From Sarea resinae (Eukaryota), in the NCBI GenBank assembly GCA_026026165.1, contig JAPEUD010000020.1, positions 310,001 to 349,540 on the forward strand: a DNA stretch of 39,540 nt, in the 5' to 3' direction. The notes below the pieces were generated by a model that was given only the letters and a program-made list of their open reading frames with translations, was not told where the DNA came from and ran no database searches. This document shows, piece after piece, positions 37,734 through 39,540 of the stretch (the first letter of the stretch is position 1; each line of letters begins with the position of its first letter). The position numbers and the translations under genes were made by a program.

Positions 37734-39078
37734 CTCGCCTAGTCTACTGCTGTGTTAGTAGAGCGTTTAGAATTGTTAGACCGCCTCCTAGACTTCTAGC
37801 TATAGTAGAGTAGGTAGGAATAGCATAATCAAATAGGCTAGTGCATTGCAGCGTGCTAGCGTCACTCTAGCGATGCAGAACTAATACTATAGATATAGAT
37901 ATTGCTAGTAGGCACTGACTTTGTAATTGCACTAAACGCTAGCTCTAATAGCTAGCGCCTCTATTAATCTATATAACTAATAACCCTGCTTAGCTTACCT
38001 AAACGTTGCTAAACTACACTAGGTGGTTACCCTACGCTGCGCTAAGCTGCATACAGCACCCTTATTAGTAGTAGCCCTTACATTGTTTTAGTTATCTAAT
38101 AGTTTTTAGAGAAAGAAAGAGAGATTATTCTACCTAGTAATTGTATGTGTTATACTTAAAGAGTTCTTTAACAAGGTCTAAAAACTAGCAAATATTAGTT
38201 ATATATTAGATGCTTTTAAACAGATCACCTATTAGCTAATATATATTATATCTACTGCACTCTATTACACTCTCTCTAAATAAGAAGAAAAGAGCTTTAC
38301 TTCTTAAGATTTTACTAGAGATAGTGTAAGTAGTAAGTAACTAGCTAGATATAATAGCTAATAAATAATATAACAGCTAATAAACACTTAGAGGTCTACT
38401 AGCGCTAGGTAGCTACATAGAATTTTCTAAGCAGTTAGTAATAAGAGGCTATCCTTCTACTAATAAAGAAAGCTATTAATAATAGCAATACTTTAACTCT
38501 TAGAAAAGTCTATATTCTAATAGAAGGGTTCTACAATAATAAAGAAGAGGATCTAGAGGATCTAGGCCTATTATCTAAAGAACAAGTTAAATTACAAACC
38601 TAATTAGCTAGAGCAGATACTAGGTAGTATATTAATAGTTTACATTATTATTAACTAACTAACCTATTCTCTTAGTTAGTAGATTTGCTGTATAATTAAC
38701 ACTATTTTTTGCACTATATAGACTCTATATAATAAGTTATTTATGCTATATAGTAGCTACTAAAATACATGTGTATTCTGTATTTATTAGTAATACAGTA
38801 GGTGTCTACATGTATTTTATCTAATCTCTAGAGATTAGTAAGTATAACTACTAGAATCTATTATAGTCTACTAGTAGGTAAAAGAATAGTTATATAGTTA
38901 ACACTAATATATTATGTAGAAGATATATAAAGTCAGTGTATTCTATATAGTACTATAGTAGCTGCTACCTAAACTACTATACATGTAGCGCTACAGCGTT
39001 AACTGTTTATAACATAGGTAACATAGGTTACACAACGCACTTGTAGTTACCTATAGCACACCTCTCTTTTTGCTAATA

Positions 39079-39404
39079 TAATAAGCTTAGTGTCTTTTAG
39101 ACTAAGGCTATACTTATAGTGCTAAATAGCACTATAGAGGATAATAGCCTAGATATATAGCATAGAAGACTAGGATATATAGAGGAAAGTGCTTTAAAAA
39201 GGCTAGAGAAGAATATAGAGCTTAGGTAGTGTTAAGTCTAAAGACTTAGATATTAAAGACTATACTATCTGCTTAGAGGCTAAATTTACTAGAAATACTA
39301 GTAAACCCCTTGTAGAAAAGCCTAAGGAATACTTTAAAATTGTCTATAGTAATATAGAGAGTCCTATAAAACCCCTAACACCTAGTAGTAATAAATACTA
39401 TATT
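39079..39404 (+). pseudogene. Copia pre-integrase/integrase relic resuming after the giant insertion
   Basis: De-RIP DIWHRRLGHI at 39152, CTICLEAK about 39260, IVHSDIGGPIKP.T.GGNKYYI about 39340-39404. Confidence 0.88.
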
Positions 39405-39540
39405 CTTAGGTACCTACTCTATATATCCTAACACTGTGTTATTACAGTATTAATAGTATCTAACACCTTCTATAGGTGTTAAGACAGTGTTGTAACAGTG
39501 TTAAAACTAAAGTAGGTGTTAAGACCTAGTAGTAACTGTA
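39405..39540. mobile_element. Probable left end of a further insertion into the copia integrase
   Basis: Integrase similarity stops abruptly after KYYI and is replaced by non-coding sequence rich in GTGTT/AACAC repeats. The other end is outside the window. Confidence 0.4.

Larger units (their letters stand above)
30703..38082 (-). mobile_element. Full-length Ty3/gypsy chromovirus (RIP-mutated)
   Basis: 309-bp LTRs at 30703-31011 and 37774-38082, differing by about 7 transitions. 5-bp TSD TTGTT. PPT AGGAGAGAAGG next to the 3' LTR. Order gag-PR-RT-RH-IN-chromodomain on the minus strand. Confidence 0.96.
29300..38640 (+). pseudogene. Possible intron-containing cargo gene relic split by the gypsy insertion
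   Basis: GTAAGT...TTAACTGTTAG intron-like signal at 30627-30666 and GTATGT at about 38143, with protein-like frames either side of the gypsy TSD. No family recognised. Confidence 0.25.
17291..39078. mobile_element. Giant Plavaka (CACTA/CMC-like) TIR DNA transposon, about 14.4 kb excluding nested gypsy, with cargo genes
   Basis: Left end CATTAGTAAAAAGAGAAG versus right end (reverse complement) TATTAGCAAAAAGAGAGG: 18 nt, 3 transitions. Flanked by TA/TA. Interrupts copia pol between protease and the WHRRLGH motif. Contains Plavaka transposase and SNF2 relics. Confidence 0.85.
12545..39540. other. AT-rich, RIP-mutated repeat block (probable heterochromatin)
   Basis: Abrupt GC drop about 200 bp after the abaA stop. 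TpA excess and CpA/TpG depletion. Conserved Trp/Gln/Arg codons are converted to TAG/TAA. Essentially no long ORFs. Confidence 0.95.
12784..39540 (+). mobile_element. Ty1/copia LTR retrotransposon (RIP-inactivated), host of nested insertions; 3' part beyond window
   Basis: 5' LTR 12784-13251 (TGTTGG...CTAACA) followed by PBS-like GGTTGTAAGCC. gag from about 14415, protease about 17000, pre-integrase and integrase from about 39080, i.e. copia PR-IN order. Confidence 0.9.

Noticed and set aside
17291..39078. Starship or Helitron identity for the large insertion
   Set aside because: No tyrosine-recombinase captain or Rep/PIF1 motifs were recognised. The element has TIRs and a Plavaka transposase, and the helicase is SNF2-type.

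Overview
Filamentous ascomycete (Pezizomycotina-like) DNA in two parts. Bases 1-12.5 kb are ordinary euchromatin with three intron-containing genes: a DUR3-type urea transporter (-, runs off the left edge), MRD1 (+, hosting an intronic snR64-like box C/D snoRNA) and an abaA-like TEA/ATTS transcription factor (+, with six upstream CATTCY sites). From about 12.55 kb to the end is an AT-rich, heavily RIP-mutated (C>T/G>A) block that is almost ORF-free but can be read by reverting RIP by eye. It is one Ty1/copia element, split by two solo LTRs (5-bp TSDs), a 9-bp-TSD MITE, an 8-bp-TSD hAT MITE and a giant TIR DNA transposon at 17291-39078 (about 14.4 kb net). That giant element encodes a C2H2-finger Plavaka-type transposase, an intron-containing SNF2-family ATPase and further unidentifiable relic genes. 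It is itself interrupted by a complete self-priming Ty3/gypsy chromovirus carrying an antisense, spliced Zn2Cys6-like gene. All protein calls in the RIP block rest on manual de-RIP translation; no database search was run.
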